Source: Octopus sinensis
Lineage: Eukaryota
Direction of reading: 5' to 3'
Assembly (NCBI RefSeq): GCF_006345805.1
Contig: NC_042997.1
Coordinates: 127,348,001-127,412,000 of the forward strand
DNA: 64,000 bases
The notes below the pieces were generated by a model, which made no database searches, had not been told where the DNA came from, and saw only the letters and a list, made by a program, of their open reading frames with translations. This document shows, piece by piece, positions 25,492-39,976 of the stretch. Both the position numbers and the translations under genes were made by a program. How positions within the stretch are numbered: position 1 is the stretch's first letter; each line of letters begins with the position of its first letter.

Positions 25492-27559
25492 TATATATGT
25501 ATATGTATATGTATGTATATATATTAATAGTTATCGCCAAGCTAACATGGCAGTCCAGAAAAATAAGACGAATGCTGCCGTTGATTAGCTCCAAGAGGCC
25601 ATCGCCTTTAGCTAGCTATGTGACACACAAGCCTGTGTCTATTATAATCTTCGAACAGGGGAGATCAGCAGCTTCCCCTTCCTCTTATTAATGTCAGTGA
25701 CCATTACTCCCGGGTCTGTGCTGGTCCTGAGTGGTAGTATTTGTCAAGGGTCCAGTTATGTGTCAAAACCAAATGCTTGTGCTCTGGTTAAAGCATACAA
25801 AATTGGGCTGGCTCCTAACCATGTATCATACAAGCCTATTGGTGAGTGAACATGTCCTGATGTTACTGATGCACCAACAAGAACACGGAAGCGGTGGAAA
25901 CAACTTTACTGTTAGCTGCTCTGTTATCTATGCAGCTATGCACAGAAGAGTTATAAAACGTGCTTGGAACCGAGAATGGGAATAATCTTAAAGCGAGACT
26001 AACGAGAGTCAAGAGTTGAACTGAAGATACAGTAAACAGCCCTTCCATTTAAACTCATTGAAGAATACAACAGTTATGTGAACCATTTCACCTAAGAATT
26101 AAATAGGTTTGATACCTGTAGAATATGCTCAGAAGACTAGCTAAGTAAAATGTCAAAAAACAGGCAGAAAATTTTGGGAAAACATTGAATCTTTTCTATG
26201 AAAGATCATGAATCATTTGACTCTGACATGGTGGTCCATAATCGTCGATACCATTAGGTATGGCTACGAAAGAGACTGAGCAGATTTGAGGTGGCTCTGA
26301 TTCACTGACGAAGTTTAAGACCGAAATATATTTGTATCTTCTAGTAATGATGAGAGCTTCCTCTGATCATGGAAATACATAATTTTTATTAGAGTTAATA
26401 CATTTTTGAAATTATTTCCCATGTTCTTTGAAGGATGCTAACAATTCCCGATAGATTATTATTTCCTTTCTGTAACTAAAAAGGGAAAACCATTTCATTA
26501 AGATTGTCTTTTCTTTTACTTCACTTTTTTTCTTTTTGGCTTTTGTCATTCTGTACGTCAGCACCATTCTGTATATATACTTACATATGTAAACCGAGGC
26601 GAAGAAAAAGAAAGGAGTTACTATTAGGAAAACGTTCAGTTACTAAACTCATATCTTTTTATGGCTTGATGAGAAGTAAAGGCTTGGTCTCGAAACGTTC
26701 GCAGCCTCTCTGAGACATCAAGGGTTTGGGGTTTGTAAGTGGTTGCCAGCAGGTGCAGATGTAGGAAAATTGTGGGAGGGAAGGTATATCTAGGAAGAAA
26801 TTGGTACAGTAGTTACAGTAGAGCTGAGGTTACACAGTACAGCTGATGAAAAGAAAAACATGAGGTTGTCAGATGAGCCTGAGTGACGATGGTTTGTAGA
26901 TACCGTTGTGGTAGAGGTAGAAAAACGGAGTGAAGAGACTTTCTGGTGCAGAGATTAAAATGTGTGGGTTTGGCGATCAATGAGTCTTCTTTAGACGTGG
27001 TCTAGGATGTTGGAGTATGTAGTATGGAATAATTTTGCTATGTTTCGAGATATTGTGTACGGAGATACTCTGTCTGCTGGACACACCGCTCTGCTTTATG
27101 CTACACACACTCTTTTGTTACTGATTCAAAAAATACAACATAATTGTCCCAGCATATTTGGAATTAGAAGGGGAATAACGTTGACAAAGAAATAATCTGT
27201 ATTATATTTGAAATTACTATTACTTTGACCAATACATTTGGAACGATTATTTTTATTAGGAATAATTATGCAACAATTTGACACTCACAGCAAATAGCAA
27301 GATACACTGTCCAAATGTAAATATGAGAACATTTTTCCTTTTTTGCTAAAGAATTCTTTCCACTAACAAAGAGAATAACTTTTCTCTTCCGTGGTCGATA
27401 GAATAAATATTAGGATCGATGTAATCGACTTTAACCTACAAGGCGGTGCCCCAGCATGACCACAGTCCAATAACTGAAACTACTAATAGAATAAAAGAAT
27501 ACAAGGAAACTGTTTACATAGTGTCTGAAAGTAGGAGTTTTGGGTTGATCTATAATCTA

Positions 27560-28400
27560 TGAATATGTTTATAGTTGCTAGACTGCATAATAGTAATACG
27601 TTTAGTGTATGGAACTGACAATTCTGTTATCACAAAGCTTTCGTGCATCAATAGCTTTATTCTTTCTGCTTCTTAATCTGTTTTAAATAAATTTTAAAAA
27701 ATTGTTTTTCAGTCAGCTATGGAACATAACGTGTTTCTTGTGACTTCGCCTTAAGTCTCTCAAGACTAATCCTCTGAATTTACCTGAGATTTAAAGAGCC
27801 AGGGGTTCCTCTATTTTAATGTTGTAATCCCTAATGGATCAAATAATTTATATTGACTTGTTTCTTAGAGATCACCAAGTAAAAGATTACTGCCAATACT
27901 AATAGTATTCTAAATATTAAACCATATTCTTCATTCGACCACTACGTTTGAGGAATTCTCCTGAGATATAAAGACGACAGGAAAAATACAGTTAAGTGGG
28001 TTGGTTGCGGGTAAATTATTCGTTCCCTACTGACTTTTGAAATTTTGGAGAAGAAAAAAGACCTGAAGCAACAAAAGGCCGACTTACATAACTTTACGGA
28101 AATAAGGAGAATAAAGCTAGTACATAAAAACATTTCTAAAACACATATCTGTAGGCATAATGGAATGTCCTGACTAATTTATCATAGGAGAAATATCTAG
28201 TGGATATGATTATGTCTTGAAAAGAGGAAAATGTAATATTTTAGGAAGAAATCAGATTAACTATTGTTTCCAGAATATTCTTTAATAATTATCAAATTTC
28301 TAGTGGGAAAATTTAGGAATATTCTGGGGTGGTGTAGGTAGTTTTCAGTATGGCGAGTTGCATATGAGAAGGAATGGTGCTTTTCAACCAATATGCTGAT
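27560..28400 (-). mobile_element. Highly decayed Penelope-like RT-thumb/GIY-YIG region
   Basis: Only fragmentary motifs (IIIKEYSGNNS; KLLMHESFVI). Confidence 0.35.
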
Positions 28401-29249
28401 CTCAAATATACATTTATATATCATCTGATACTTAATATTCATGAATTTAAGAATATAATACTTATAATCTAATAACACAATATATTATATAATAAATTGT
28501 AATATTATGTAATATAAAATAGCAATATAATATAAAGGAGAATACATATCATGTCCTTTACTTACTCCATCCCACCTTTCTCACCTGATACATTTACACA
28601 TAAATACACATGCACGCTTTCATACACAATCTGCACGCGTGCACACATACATATGCACGAGTGCACTCACACAGGTATGTATACAATGTGTGTGTATAAA
28701 AAGGTCGAAAGGTTGAAAATGTACTTGGAGTTTTTAAAAATGTTTATTTACATTTAATAGGTGTTACAATTTCAGGATTTACTTAGCGTGGTTCAAAATT
28801 TCAAACAAAAATGTAAGATGGAAGGATCTGGAGCTGTGTTGTATTTGTCTCAACTCTGACTACAGTCTGAAAGTTTGCTCCTTTTTAGGGAGAGATTTCG
28901 GCTCAAATTGCCAACTGAATGGGGAGCAGTTCGGCTGGTTGAAAGTGGTTACATAGACAAAGGATCGTGTGGATCTTTGAATAACAGCTGTAACATATAC
29001 TGAGACTGTATTAGGCCAATAAATATGTCATGTGTCAGCATGGATAACAATTGCGCAATATGCCCGTAAAATAGTCACGTGATAGTGTGGACGATGACTG
29101 TGTAAAAAGTAATGACTATGTCAAACCAGTGAATGTGTCATGTGAAAATACAAACAACGACTTGTCAAAATAACTGAAATGAGAGAAATAGTGTCTATTG
29201 CCGATTATTTTGTGAGAATGTGAATTACACTTGTGTAATGTCTCTGTTC

Positions 29250-32200
29250 GTTACAGTGTTATACATAATTCAGTTGTGGTTTGTATTTTTTAATAAATTT
29301 ATTGTCCTTATTTCTCCACATCTAATTTGTGGTTCTGTCAAAACAACGGTATAATAGGAGAGCTCGGAATTTTGGCGATTTGCTTGTGGGTATAACAATT
29401 CACTTAGTGTAATCTGTCTAGTATTATGATCTCGTATTTTTGCCCATGATTAGTGAGTCCTTTTCTCAAGATAAGTTCTGTTTGCCCAATGTAACTTTCG
29501 TTACAATCATCACATTTCATAATATAAATAAGTTTTCGACGTACACGTGAAATATTTTTTTCACAGTGAAGATAAGTCCTGATTTAGATTTACGCTGTGT
29601 CGTTTATAAGATGGATGCAGGTTTCAAAGTTCGGGCGACAACATATTTTAACTATTGGTGTTGTGTTTGTAATGGGCAATTTGGTGCTCGTAAATAATTT
29701 ATTTAGGAATTCCAATTGCTTTTTGCGTTTGGTTATTCTGTGTATTGAATGCTTTTTAAAAATGTTTTTTCGTGTTTTCCTTCAGTAATGACATGTTTTG
29801 ATGCATAATTTTGTATGCTTCATTATATCTTTGGTTGTGTTTTGTGATGTAATATAGAGTATTTTAGCGATTTTCATTGCTTTTTGTCTTTCGTAATTCT
29901 TGAACTTCTATTGCTTTGACACATTCTATTCCGTTATCATATAATTCCAAATAGTATGTTTTAATTCTTCATGTCTTTTATTTTGAGTTTCAAAATTGGA
30001 AATGATTGAACAAATTCTCCTTGCTAGATTAAACGATTAAATAATATATTTATTTTGGTATATTTTGGGTGACAAGAAGTAAATAATAAGTGATGTTTAT
30101 AGTCTGTCTGCTTATAGAGGATGCTTGTTTTGATGTCTGTAACTTATTTGATGATTAATATGTCCAGGAAGAGTAATTGATTTTCACTGTATTCCATTGT
30201 GAACCGTATATTGTTGCTTGCGTTATTAATTAGGGATTTGAATCGATTAAGTTGGTCAAAACCGTGGGTTCACAGAATAAAGCAATCATCTAAGTAACGT
30301 TTTCAATTTTCTAATAGATGTTTGTGGAAGAGATGCTTTACTTTAGTCTAGAGTATTTATATATTTGGATTTCTGGCTATGCCATGATGACCAAATTGGT
30401 TTAAATTGGCGGCAACTTCTGTTTTCATTACTGCCTCGGATATTTATTTGTAAATGCTGCCATTGAAGATGAAAAATTATTTTGTAGGATATAGTTAATT
30501 TCTTCAGTAAGCAATCTGTTTTCTATTCGGTCTGATATTTCATTGGATAATTTTTCCAGCCAAAATTCTACGGCTTCTAGTCCATAGACATCTGGGATAG
30601 TAATATAGAGGTATATTAAAGCGATGAGCTGCCAGAATCGTTACGACTCCAGAAAAAAATGCTTAGCAGTAATTCTTCTGACTTTACTTTCTGAGTTCAA
30701 CTGCTGCCGGGGTCGACTACGCCTTTCTCCCTTTCGGGGTTGATAAAATAACTACCAGTTGAATACTGGGGTCGCTGTAGCCGACTTATCCCTCACCCAA
30801 AATTGCTGTTTTTGTATCAAAATATGAAACCAATATAGAAGCATACAAAATAAAATGGTGCAGTAATAGTGTTTTTGCTAACTTTTGTTTTGTGGGGCGG
30901 GGAAGGTATTTTGCAAGTTCAAGCCAACTCTTATAAAGTTTGGTGTGTGTTTCTAAATGGGTTTAGCAGTATGTCTATGAAGTTACTAAATTTACAGATA
31001 TGGCCCTCTGCACCTGTACTTAACGCATTTTTAAAAATACATTTACTCGAATGAATTTTGTGAACCCCGTATAGCTTACTTGCTTCATGCTCTTGCTTGA
31101 TGGAGCTGGGGGTCATCCCAGGTTAGGTGTCCCAGTTATGTCATCATGCATAGAAGCAACTAGATCCAGTCCCGTACCAGCTCTTCTGTATCCTCCAAGG
31201 TGACGTCGATCCTCTGGATATCTTCCTCATTCATCTCCAGTCTTCTGGAAACGGAAGGACTCCGTATAGGTTTCTTATTTTGCAAATTTCGTGAGTTGGT
31301 CAAATTTCTTGACGTTTAAACATTTACGCCGTAGATGAATAAAGGTGCTAAATTTCTTCATCGTTTTTGACAAGTTGGTAATTATTTGTCTCTTCATAAT
31401 AGGTGATGTCTTGTAATATCGATAATATGGCATTTTTATAACATTTAACATCTATAACTACAGCATTTCCCTTATCAGCTTCTTTTATTGTGATTGCATT
31501 GTTTCTGAGTTCAAGAATAATTTCCTATTACTTTCAACTGGTGTCGGATTTCTATTTAAGGGCTAGTAGTTCATGATACAGTAAAGTCGATTTAAAATCA
31601 AAATTTATCTAAAGCTTTGTTCCTACATTTTGACGGATTGTAATTGCTTTTATTTCATACAATTGATTCGTCATTGTTTTCTTTGTCAAATAATTCTTCT
31701 ATTAGACGTAATTTTCTGTAGAAGTGAGAGATGTCGTGCTGTTTTTCATTGCAGATATTGTATTGTTGTATTGGATTGAATTTTAAGCCTCTTGAGAAGA
31801 CTTGAGTGCGTTGCATTGAAAGGTTTTTGCATGACAAATTGATTATCTTCGGTTTCTCACATTCAGTTTGTACCACCTGGTGTCGCGAATTCTAAAAAAA
31901 AAATATTATCGTTTAAGTTTATCATTCTGTTGGTGTTTCTGTAATGATTGCGTTCGTTCATAGACCTAGATTGTAACTGGTGAGATTGTTTTACGGTTCA
32001 TAAAACCTTTTCCTTTACGTATGTTGGGTTCCACAGTTCTGGGAGATAATCTGTCCAGAAGAAAAGAGGTTTTCGATTCTTCAAGTGGAATCTCTATGTC
32101 GTTAAGATATTCCGTATTGTTTTTTTTCGTATTTTTTCATGTAATTCTTTTTGTATCTTGCTGATTATTGGTTGATTTTTCGGTACTTGTGTTACTGTCT

Positions 32201-33110
32201 GTAAAAGCATTTGTAGATTGTAGCTTTCTTCAAGAATAAGTTATCGGTACGATATTCATAATTTCTAAACCAATTAGAGCTTTTATCCTTTCTCTCCATT
32301 TTCACATTTTCATCCCTAAGTTTAATAGTGTTTCCAAATAACAACTTATTGGCTCTTTCAAAATTTCCTCATCTGTTCGTTCGCTGGTTGATTCGCAGTT
32401 CATTGTCAAGGGGGTGATTTCAGTTTTTTAACAGATACATCTTTTTTTCTAAGCTTTTTTTTTCGTTCTTCAGATTCATTAGAGGCAGATTTAATTAGTA
32501 ATTTCCTTGGAAGGACAATTAGTCCTCGATATTGAATTATTCCATTTGTTATACATTTCAGGTGTGTATTTATTTTCGCCATGTTCCGTTTGTGAGTTGT
32601 TGGTTTGTGAGGTTTTTGGTTTTGAATATGATTTCAACCTGTATTTGATTGAACATGTTTGTCGTTGCAGATTAATATCGTTTTCATGTTTTTTGATTCT
32701 GAGTTTTGTCCTTCCTCTCATTTATCACAGTCTCTGTTTCGTGTTCACACCACTTTTCCGTAACGTTGAATCCACACGCTTGTCTAAACATCCCAATATA
32801 CTCTCTTACCTACGCAATCACACCAGCGCTGATATTCTCGTTTGTGCTAGTTTACTGCATTCACTCAAGAGACGGTTAATACTTTCGTCCGCTTTTCACA
32901 GATTTTGCCTTTGCCCTCAGGCTGAATTTCATCAACCTCTGCTTTTATCAGATTCGTCCTAGTGGCTTGTTTCTGAGCGGTTGTAATTAGCACTTTGGTT
33001 TCTCGTTTTACCTATCCGTTCGTCAACCACACCTAGCTTTCTTTACTTACGTAATTTTCAGTTTGTTGCATGATTTGGCCAGAGGACCCAGATCAGGGTC
33101 TCAAACAAGG
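29250..33110 (-). mobile_element. Large decayed Penelope-like element (N-terminal domain, RT, GIY-YIG)
   Basis: IINLS...FSRGLKFNP...FYRKLRL (31655-31876); IKEADKGNAVVI (about 31470); RYLDDCFIL (about 30290); IRFTMEYSENQLLFLDILI; YIGQTE (about 29485). Confidence 0.85.
30620..30835 (+). mobile_element. Diverged family B SINE inside the PLE
   Basis: GAGTTCAACTGCTGCCGGGGTCGACTACGCCTTTCTCCCTTTCGGGGTTGATAAA. Confidence 0.7.
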
Positions 33111-33254
33111 TATTGGATTAAGTCAGCCAACGTTCACTAAAGTTTCTTTTCTGCTTGATATCATACTTATGTCCACGGTTGAAGACATTTATCCTAAGCT
33201 TTGGGAAATGGGCCTGAAGCTGAAAATTCGTAACTGTGAAACAGAATACTTAAC

Positions 33255-34160
33255 CATTCACGCACGCACGCACACACATACTCTCTCACTCTCTCTCTCA
33301 CACACACACAGAATCATAGATACATATAGACCTCACATATACACATACAGATCTCTCTCTCTCTCTCTCTCACACACACATCACACACACACATCACATA
33401 CATACAACACACACACAACACACGCAATACACAAACATCAAACGCACATAACACACACATACATCACATACACATACATCACACACACACAAAACACACA
33501 TCATACACAACACACATCACACAACACACACACACACCACACACACACACACACACACACTTTCGCAGGCGTGTGTGTGAAAGGAAACTGAAGCATAGGC
33601 AATGCTTTCTTGGGTAGATAATACTTTTGTGGGTGCAGTGGAAAGCTTTGTTGCAAAGATAATGATGGAAAACGAACCTAATGAGAGAAGAAAAAACAAA
33701 TTATCGAAAGCTTTTAGGTAAAGTGACCAATTAAATCTTCCGGATACATTAACAGATACAATTAGCAATCAGTAATAAAAGCCATTCTGGATAGATGAGT
33801 GTTAACTTATATACGTTAGAGCATCTCATTTCTATTAAAATATCAGAAAGCTTTATTTCAACAACCCTGCTGCGAAAACAAAAATCTCTTCTCACTTGTA
33901 AAACTATCTGTTTTTCAAGGGAGCTAATTAGCTTGACGTTATCCTTGGTTTCTTTTATTTACAGCATGGCATGAAATCTTTTCTTACTGAACGCAACGCA
34001 AAAGTATGTTTACAATTCAAAAACTTTCCTCTCGCATCGCAAGCAAGCTGTCCAGAACAATATCTTTTACCTTGTTCAATTACTACTACTACTACTACTA
34101 CTACCACTACTACTACTACTGCTACTACTACTACTACTGCTGTACTGTCCATCTCACCAA

Positions 34161-34215
<55 letters not shown>

Positions 34216-34454
34216 GCTGTACTGCTACAGCTGCTGCTGTTGCTGTTGCTGCTGCTGCTGATGTATAAAGTAATGTGTTTAACAAAAACATCTGCATTTT
34301 GTTGCAAAGAACTCTCCTGGGATTAGAGATAGGAAACTTAACATGTATTTTTATCCAGTTAGAAACATTTTCAGTCTGAAAAACAGATGTTCTCGACAGA
34401 TTGGGAGATTTAGAGTTCCATTACTCACTATGATGTGTGTATGCGTGTGTGCGC

Positions 34455-34498
<44 letters not shown>

Positions 34499-34965
34499 TT
34501 GAGCTGTGTATATGAGAGTTTGTGTCAGTGTGCCAGTGTGTATACGTTTTCGCTTCAGTGAGTGTATATGTGTGTGTGCATGTTTGTGTGTCTACATTAA
34601 TGTCTTTGTATAAGTGTATATTTGCCAGTGTGCTTGTGTCAATGTGTATAGTGGACCAGCGTGTGCATGTGCGCGCGTATGTGTATGTGTGTGTGCGTGA
34701 ATGTGGGCGTGCGTGTGTATGTGTGTGCAAGTGTATTTGTGTGTCAGCGTCTATGCCTATATATTATGTAGTAAATGTCTTTTTGTGTGTGTCGTTGCGT
34801 ATACGTAGGCCAGTATGTGTGTGCTTATGTGTGTTTGTGACAGTGAGAGTTGTGCGTATGTATGTATATGTATGTGTGCGTATGTGCTTGTGTGTATGCC
34901 AGTTTGTATGTGCATACATTTATGTTTTTATACGTGTGTGTGTGTATGTTTGTGTTTCAAGTGTC
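33255..34965. repeat. Low-complexity block: CA-rich (33255-33560), (CTA)n/(CTG)n (34080-34262), TG-rich (34430-34965)
   Basis: Directly visible; unique sequence lies between these tracts. Confidence 0.85.
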
Positions 34966-36318
34966 ACTCGCTCATCCAATACTCAACAACAATATCCTAA
35001 TTACAAGTTTCACCGACTGTTTATTATTAAATAACATTAATACAGGGAAAGAATTCTAAACTTGCTTCGTAGCAAATATTGTCTAAGGTGGCTTCATAGG
35101 TCCTATCATGCTACCAAAGTTAACACCCACACTGATGGCAACTGACTGTCTTTTTCTGCAAAAAGCATTTAAAGTTAACACAATAATTCCTATAAAAACA
35201 TCTATCGTTTTTATTGTACTTTTGCTCTACTTCTGGCAGTGATCTCTTTTAGATACATTACAACTAGAGCCGAGGGATAAATACCTGAAGATGGTGTTCT
35301 GGATACTAAACACACATACTGTAGATTCTCACATGTTTGATATAATGGGTTGAGAATCTGAGATTATTCATGCAGTTAGTGCAGAATATTTTCTCTAGAG
35401 GTTTATAAAAATCTAAAATACAATAAGCAAGGGAGATAGCTCCTGTAATATCATCCAAAACGACGTTAAGATGGGAAAACAAAGCTGATGTAGTTTATAA
35501 GTAGGTTTACAATTGAAAACCAACTGGTGAAAGCAATATACTTGTTTCAATGTTATTAGATCTCCTCAGTGAGACATAATTATTTCGACTGCTAGATTTA
35601 TAATTGCTCCATGCACACACACACACTCACACACAAACACACACACACAAAATAGGATGAATACAACATGCGGTTTATACTATTTGTTCTCTATGCACGT
35701 TTCACAATTTTGATTATTTGCATCTTCTGCAATGCATTATTATTAACGCATTCAGATGCAGATCCATAACGGTTATTCAGGCAAACACATTATTATATTA
35801 TGTTTACAAAGAACAAATCTTATACCGGAATAAAGGCATGCAGGGTTTCGTTTTGGTGGAAACAAGAATGTCAAGACATTCTTTCTAAGCTACAGATGTG
35901 CGAAAACAAAGAGGAAAGCTAAAACGTACTCAGCTTTTTTCCTCAGTGAACAGGCGTCTTAAATTAAGCTAACACCGTAATAGATGACTTAATTTGTATA
36001 TTTGGGCAAATTATTTGATTAGTGGACAGTCAAAGCCCAAATATGAGCCGTAAATAATCCCGGTCATAAATTAAACTATCTGCCACGGTACCGCTCTAAT
36101 TTACGATAGTTTTGTAAGGAGAGGATGTATACTACTGACTGGGGAAGTAAGCTGGGTACGATTGTTGAACAAAGCATGAAACAGTCCGACAAGAGATTCC
36201 CTTTCACTTCTTTCTCCTCGTCAATAGCACAGAAAGAATATATTTACAATGCTGTTTCAAGCACAGGGAGGCTTTGTAATACTTAAATTTAAATTTATGT
36301 CTACTCCTGTTATATATA

Positions 36319-36395
<77 letters not shown>

Positions 36396-36412
36396 CGTGT
36401 GTGTGAGTGTGC

Positions 36413-36451
<39 letters not shown>

Positions 36452-36493
36452 CACACATGCATACATACATACATACATACATACATACATACA

Positions 36494-36529
<36 letters not shown>

Positions 36530-37847
36530 TATATGTATATATATATATTTTAAAAAATTTTATCTAGTTTCAGCTCACGAGCTGTGGCCATATATATATA
36601 AAGCAGACAACAGACACACGTGCGCGCTCAAATATACACACGTACACATACACACATATTAAGAATAGAACAATGGAACATAGAAACGATTAACAGAAAA
36701 AAAGAGCGAAGAACAAAGAAGCATAGAAATCCTTTCATCAGCTATGGAAACCAGACTACGAGCGCAGTTTCGGTGCATTTCATGTCTTCAGACTTTAAAT
36801 TCCATGGCATGAATATGTGTGCTTGCGTGCATGGGTATATATGTACGTATGTATGTATGTATGTATGTATGTATGTATGTATGTATGTATGTATGTATGT
36901 ATGTATGTATGTATGTATGTATGTATGTGATTATGAATATCAACATTAGTACTTAGTGTTCTGTGTGCAAATAGCAAATACGATCTATCCGTTGCTTTTA
37001 CCAGTTAGCTATAAAGACCACATCCTCTCATATCTGTATGTGTTTAGTTTTCAAAAACTTCGACTGTATAGTCTTCCCTTGCTTGTTGTTTTTTAAACAT
37101 TAAATACTTCACGTCCAGCTGGGGAGAACACATACGCTACAGAAACCGGGAAACCGGGCCCATGAGCCTGGCTAGGCTTGAAAAGGGCGCATAAATAAAA
37201 ATAAATCTCACTTAATTGAAATTTTTCAATTGACCATATATTTCCATAAATTTCCTTTTCGAAGTGAAATAGTTTCATTTCTATCAAGAAAAGGAGAGAT
37301 CCAACGTTTTGGGCGACAATCTCTCCAAACATTTTTGCCGGTGTAGACAGCCACCAGTTTCAGATTAACATTTCATTTAAGTTCTGATTTTCAGAGAGTG
37401 TAGAAACTACAGTCAGAGAATACAGGAATACGAACTATCTTAGGCCATTGTATTATACTGCATTTTTTTCTTTACTCGTTAGTGATTGGTTCCCCGCCTT
37501 ATCAACCATTGAATTTTATGTGATTCACAGGAATTCATTAGCCTCCAGATGAGCGACCTTCGGCGATTGGATGCTAATGTCATTTCTCATGTTTCTCAGT
37601 CAAGCACATTTATGATCAACTATGAGAAAGTTTTAAAAAACGAATATGTAGCACAATTTTATGCTCTCTTCCACTCCAGTATTCATGGACCTACTTTGTA
37701 TTGTTCATTGATGTGCATAGTAGTGATATTACAGATTTCTTGTGCGTAAGTTAATTATAAATATTCAGTTAGATTTTTCAGCTTTAAAGTATTCAAGTAT
37801 TTTGGTGGTGATTTCAGCAACAATGGCTCAGTGAAGTCGAATAGAGG

Positions 37848-37988
37848 GACAAGCGGTTGTGTGGTAAGTAGCTTGCTTACCAAACACATGGTTCCGCGTT
37901 CAGTCCCACTGCGTGGCACGTTGGGCAAGTGTTTTCTACCATAGCCTCACGCCGACCAAAACCTTGAAAGAACTCCGTCGCATATATG

Positions 37989-38036
<48 letters not shown>

Positions 38037-38232
38037 TGTTTGTCCTACAAACATCACTTGACAACCGATGCTGGTGTGTTTACGTCCCCGTAACTTAGCG
38101 GTTCAGCAAAAGAGAGACCGATAGAATAAGTTCTAGGTTTACAAAGAATAAGTCCTGGGGTCGATTTGCTCAACTAAAGGCGGTGCTCCAGCATGGCCAC
38201 AGTCAAATGACTGAAACAAGTAAAAGAGTAAA
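37848..38232 (+). mobile_element. Family A SINE
   Basis: Similarity to other copies. Confidence 0.85.
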
Positions 38233-38723
38233 AAAGTAAGGGTGGTGATGGTAGAGGTGGTTATTGTGATAGTGGTGGTGGTGGAGATAGCAGTATTAAT
38301 AATGATAATCATGGTAGCGGTGGTGGTAAGACTGGTGATGTTGGTAGTGGTGGTGGTGGTGGTGGTGGTGGTGGTAGTAGTGCCTTTGAAAGTGATGGTT
38401 GAGCTGTCACTTATGATGACGAGTGGTAAAAATTGTAGCGATGGAGTTGAGAGCGATAGTGCTGGTGATGATGATGATGAAGGTGATAGTAATGGTGGTA
38501 GTGATAGTGGTTGTGATAATGCTGAATGTGGTGGCAATGATGATAGTAGTAGTAGTAATGATGGTGCCAGTAATAGTGGTTGGGGGAACCATGGTCAAAG
38601 TGGTGGTGGTGGTAGTGAGTGGTCGTGATAGAGAGACCGTAGTGGATGTAACGGTGGCTATGACACTAGTGGCGGTTGGTGAACACGATATATATATATA
38701 TAAACAATAAAAGGTAAACCTAC

Positions 38724-38880
38724 TTGTAGAATGAGTACTATGTTTTCGTGGTACACGTTCCCACCTGTTGTAATTGACTGCTGCAGAATGGGCTGCAATA
38801 TCGAGATCTGTGGCAGTTGACACTGTTGTGGGTCGACGGATAAACTCGGCGGAATCGTTGAAGAAGTTCATCAAAGACAT
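38724..38880 (-). CDS. Candidate first coding exon (exon 38895-38724): MSLMNFFNDSAEFIRRPTTVSTATDLDIAAHSAAVNYNRWERVPRKHSTHST
   Basis: cttttctttccttctag| acceptor, CAAAATG start context, |gtaggt donor, unique CpG-retaining sequence, open frame, ends in phase 1. Confidence 0.65.
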
Positions 38881-39356
38881 TTTGAACCACTGTAACTAGA
38901 AGGAAAGAAAAGTTTGGTTAGAATATATCATAATCTCAATATATTTGCTATCATGCTACATGTTTATTGTCACCGCTGATATGGAAGTCTAACGGTAAAG
39001 AAATTTAGGAGGTAAAACCTACGCAAAGTCGGCTACTGTAAAACAAATTAGCACGTGACGGCTGAGATCAGGCCTAACAGTTAGAAAATCTTTGGCAGTA
39101 AAGTCTGCAAAAATTCGATTATAAAAGAAGAGGCAGAACAGAGGCCAAATATATTTCATATCCTGATATTGGGGGTGTGAAAGTCTGGAAACGTTTGATT
39201 ATAGATCTAGGAACTTTAGTGCAACAACAAAAAACAAATGAAAGAAATGCAAACATATGCAAAAAAAAAACACGAAAATACGGAAGATACTTAATAAAAA
39301 AAACATGTAACATAAGCATATGCTCACAGGCACAGATGCTTGCTTATATATGTGAG

Positions 39357-39608
39357 GGCGGCGAGCTGGCAGAACCGTTAGCACGCCGGGCGAAATGCGT
39401 AGCCGTATTTCGTCTACCGCTACGTTCTGAGTTCAAATTCCGCCGAGGTCGACTTTGCCTTTCATCCTTTCGAGGGTCGATAAATTAAGTACCAGTTACG
39501 CACTGGAATCGATGTAATCGACTTAATCCGTTTGTCTGTCCTTAGCCCCTTAATCCGTTTGTCTGTCCTTAGCCTCTGTGTTTAGCCCCTTGTGGGTAGT
39601 AAAGAAAT
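39357..39608 (+). mobile_element. Family B SINE monomer with a short internal duplication
   Basis: GGCGGCGAGCTGGCAGAACCGTTAGC head; CTTAATCCGTTTGTCTGTCCTTAGCC occurs twice. Confidence 0.9.
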
Positions 39609-39691
39609 TTATATATGTGTGTGTATATATATATATATATATACACAAACACACACAGACAAAAGTGTACGTACGCCGCTATATGTATATA

Positions 39692-39976
39692 AAAAAGAAT
39701 ACAAAAATAGGACAAGAACTCTACAGGAGGCAACAAAACATCCAGATAGTTAGATGATACAAAAAGGGACAAGAAAAACAAGGTCGGTTCATTCGGAGTT
39801 TTCTTTCCTCAGTCGAGTTCCAGCCAGCCGAAACTGCAAAAATCTGAAACTCGACTGAGGAAAGAAAACTCCGAATGACCTGTCCTTGTTTTTTCTCGTC
39901 CCTTTATGTATCGTCTAATTGTCTGGATGTTTTGTTGTCATCTGTTGCGTTCTTGTCCCATTTTTCATATTCTTTT
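39692..39976. repeat. Foldback with about 130-bp arms
   Basis: 39692-39823 versus 39844-39976. Confidence 0.9.

Noticed and set aside
26105-26130. Partial resemblance of the minus strand (CTACAGGTATC) to a miR-10/993-family sequence
   Set aside because: Only about 11 nt match from memory, and no complementary hairpin arm nearby.
38139-38710. Mucin-like or Gly/Ser-rich ORFs
   Set aside because: Degenerate (GGT/GAT)n low-complexity tract with no splice or start support.
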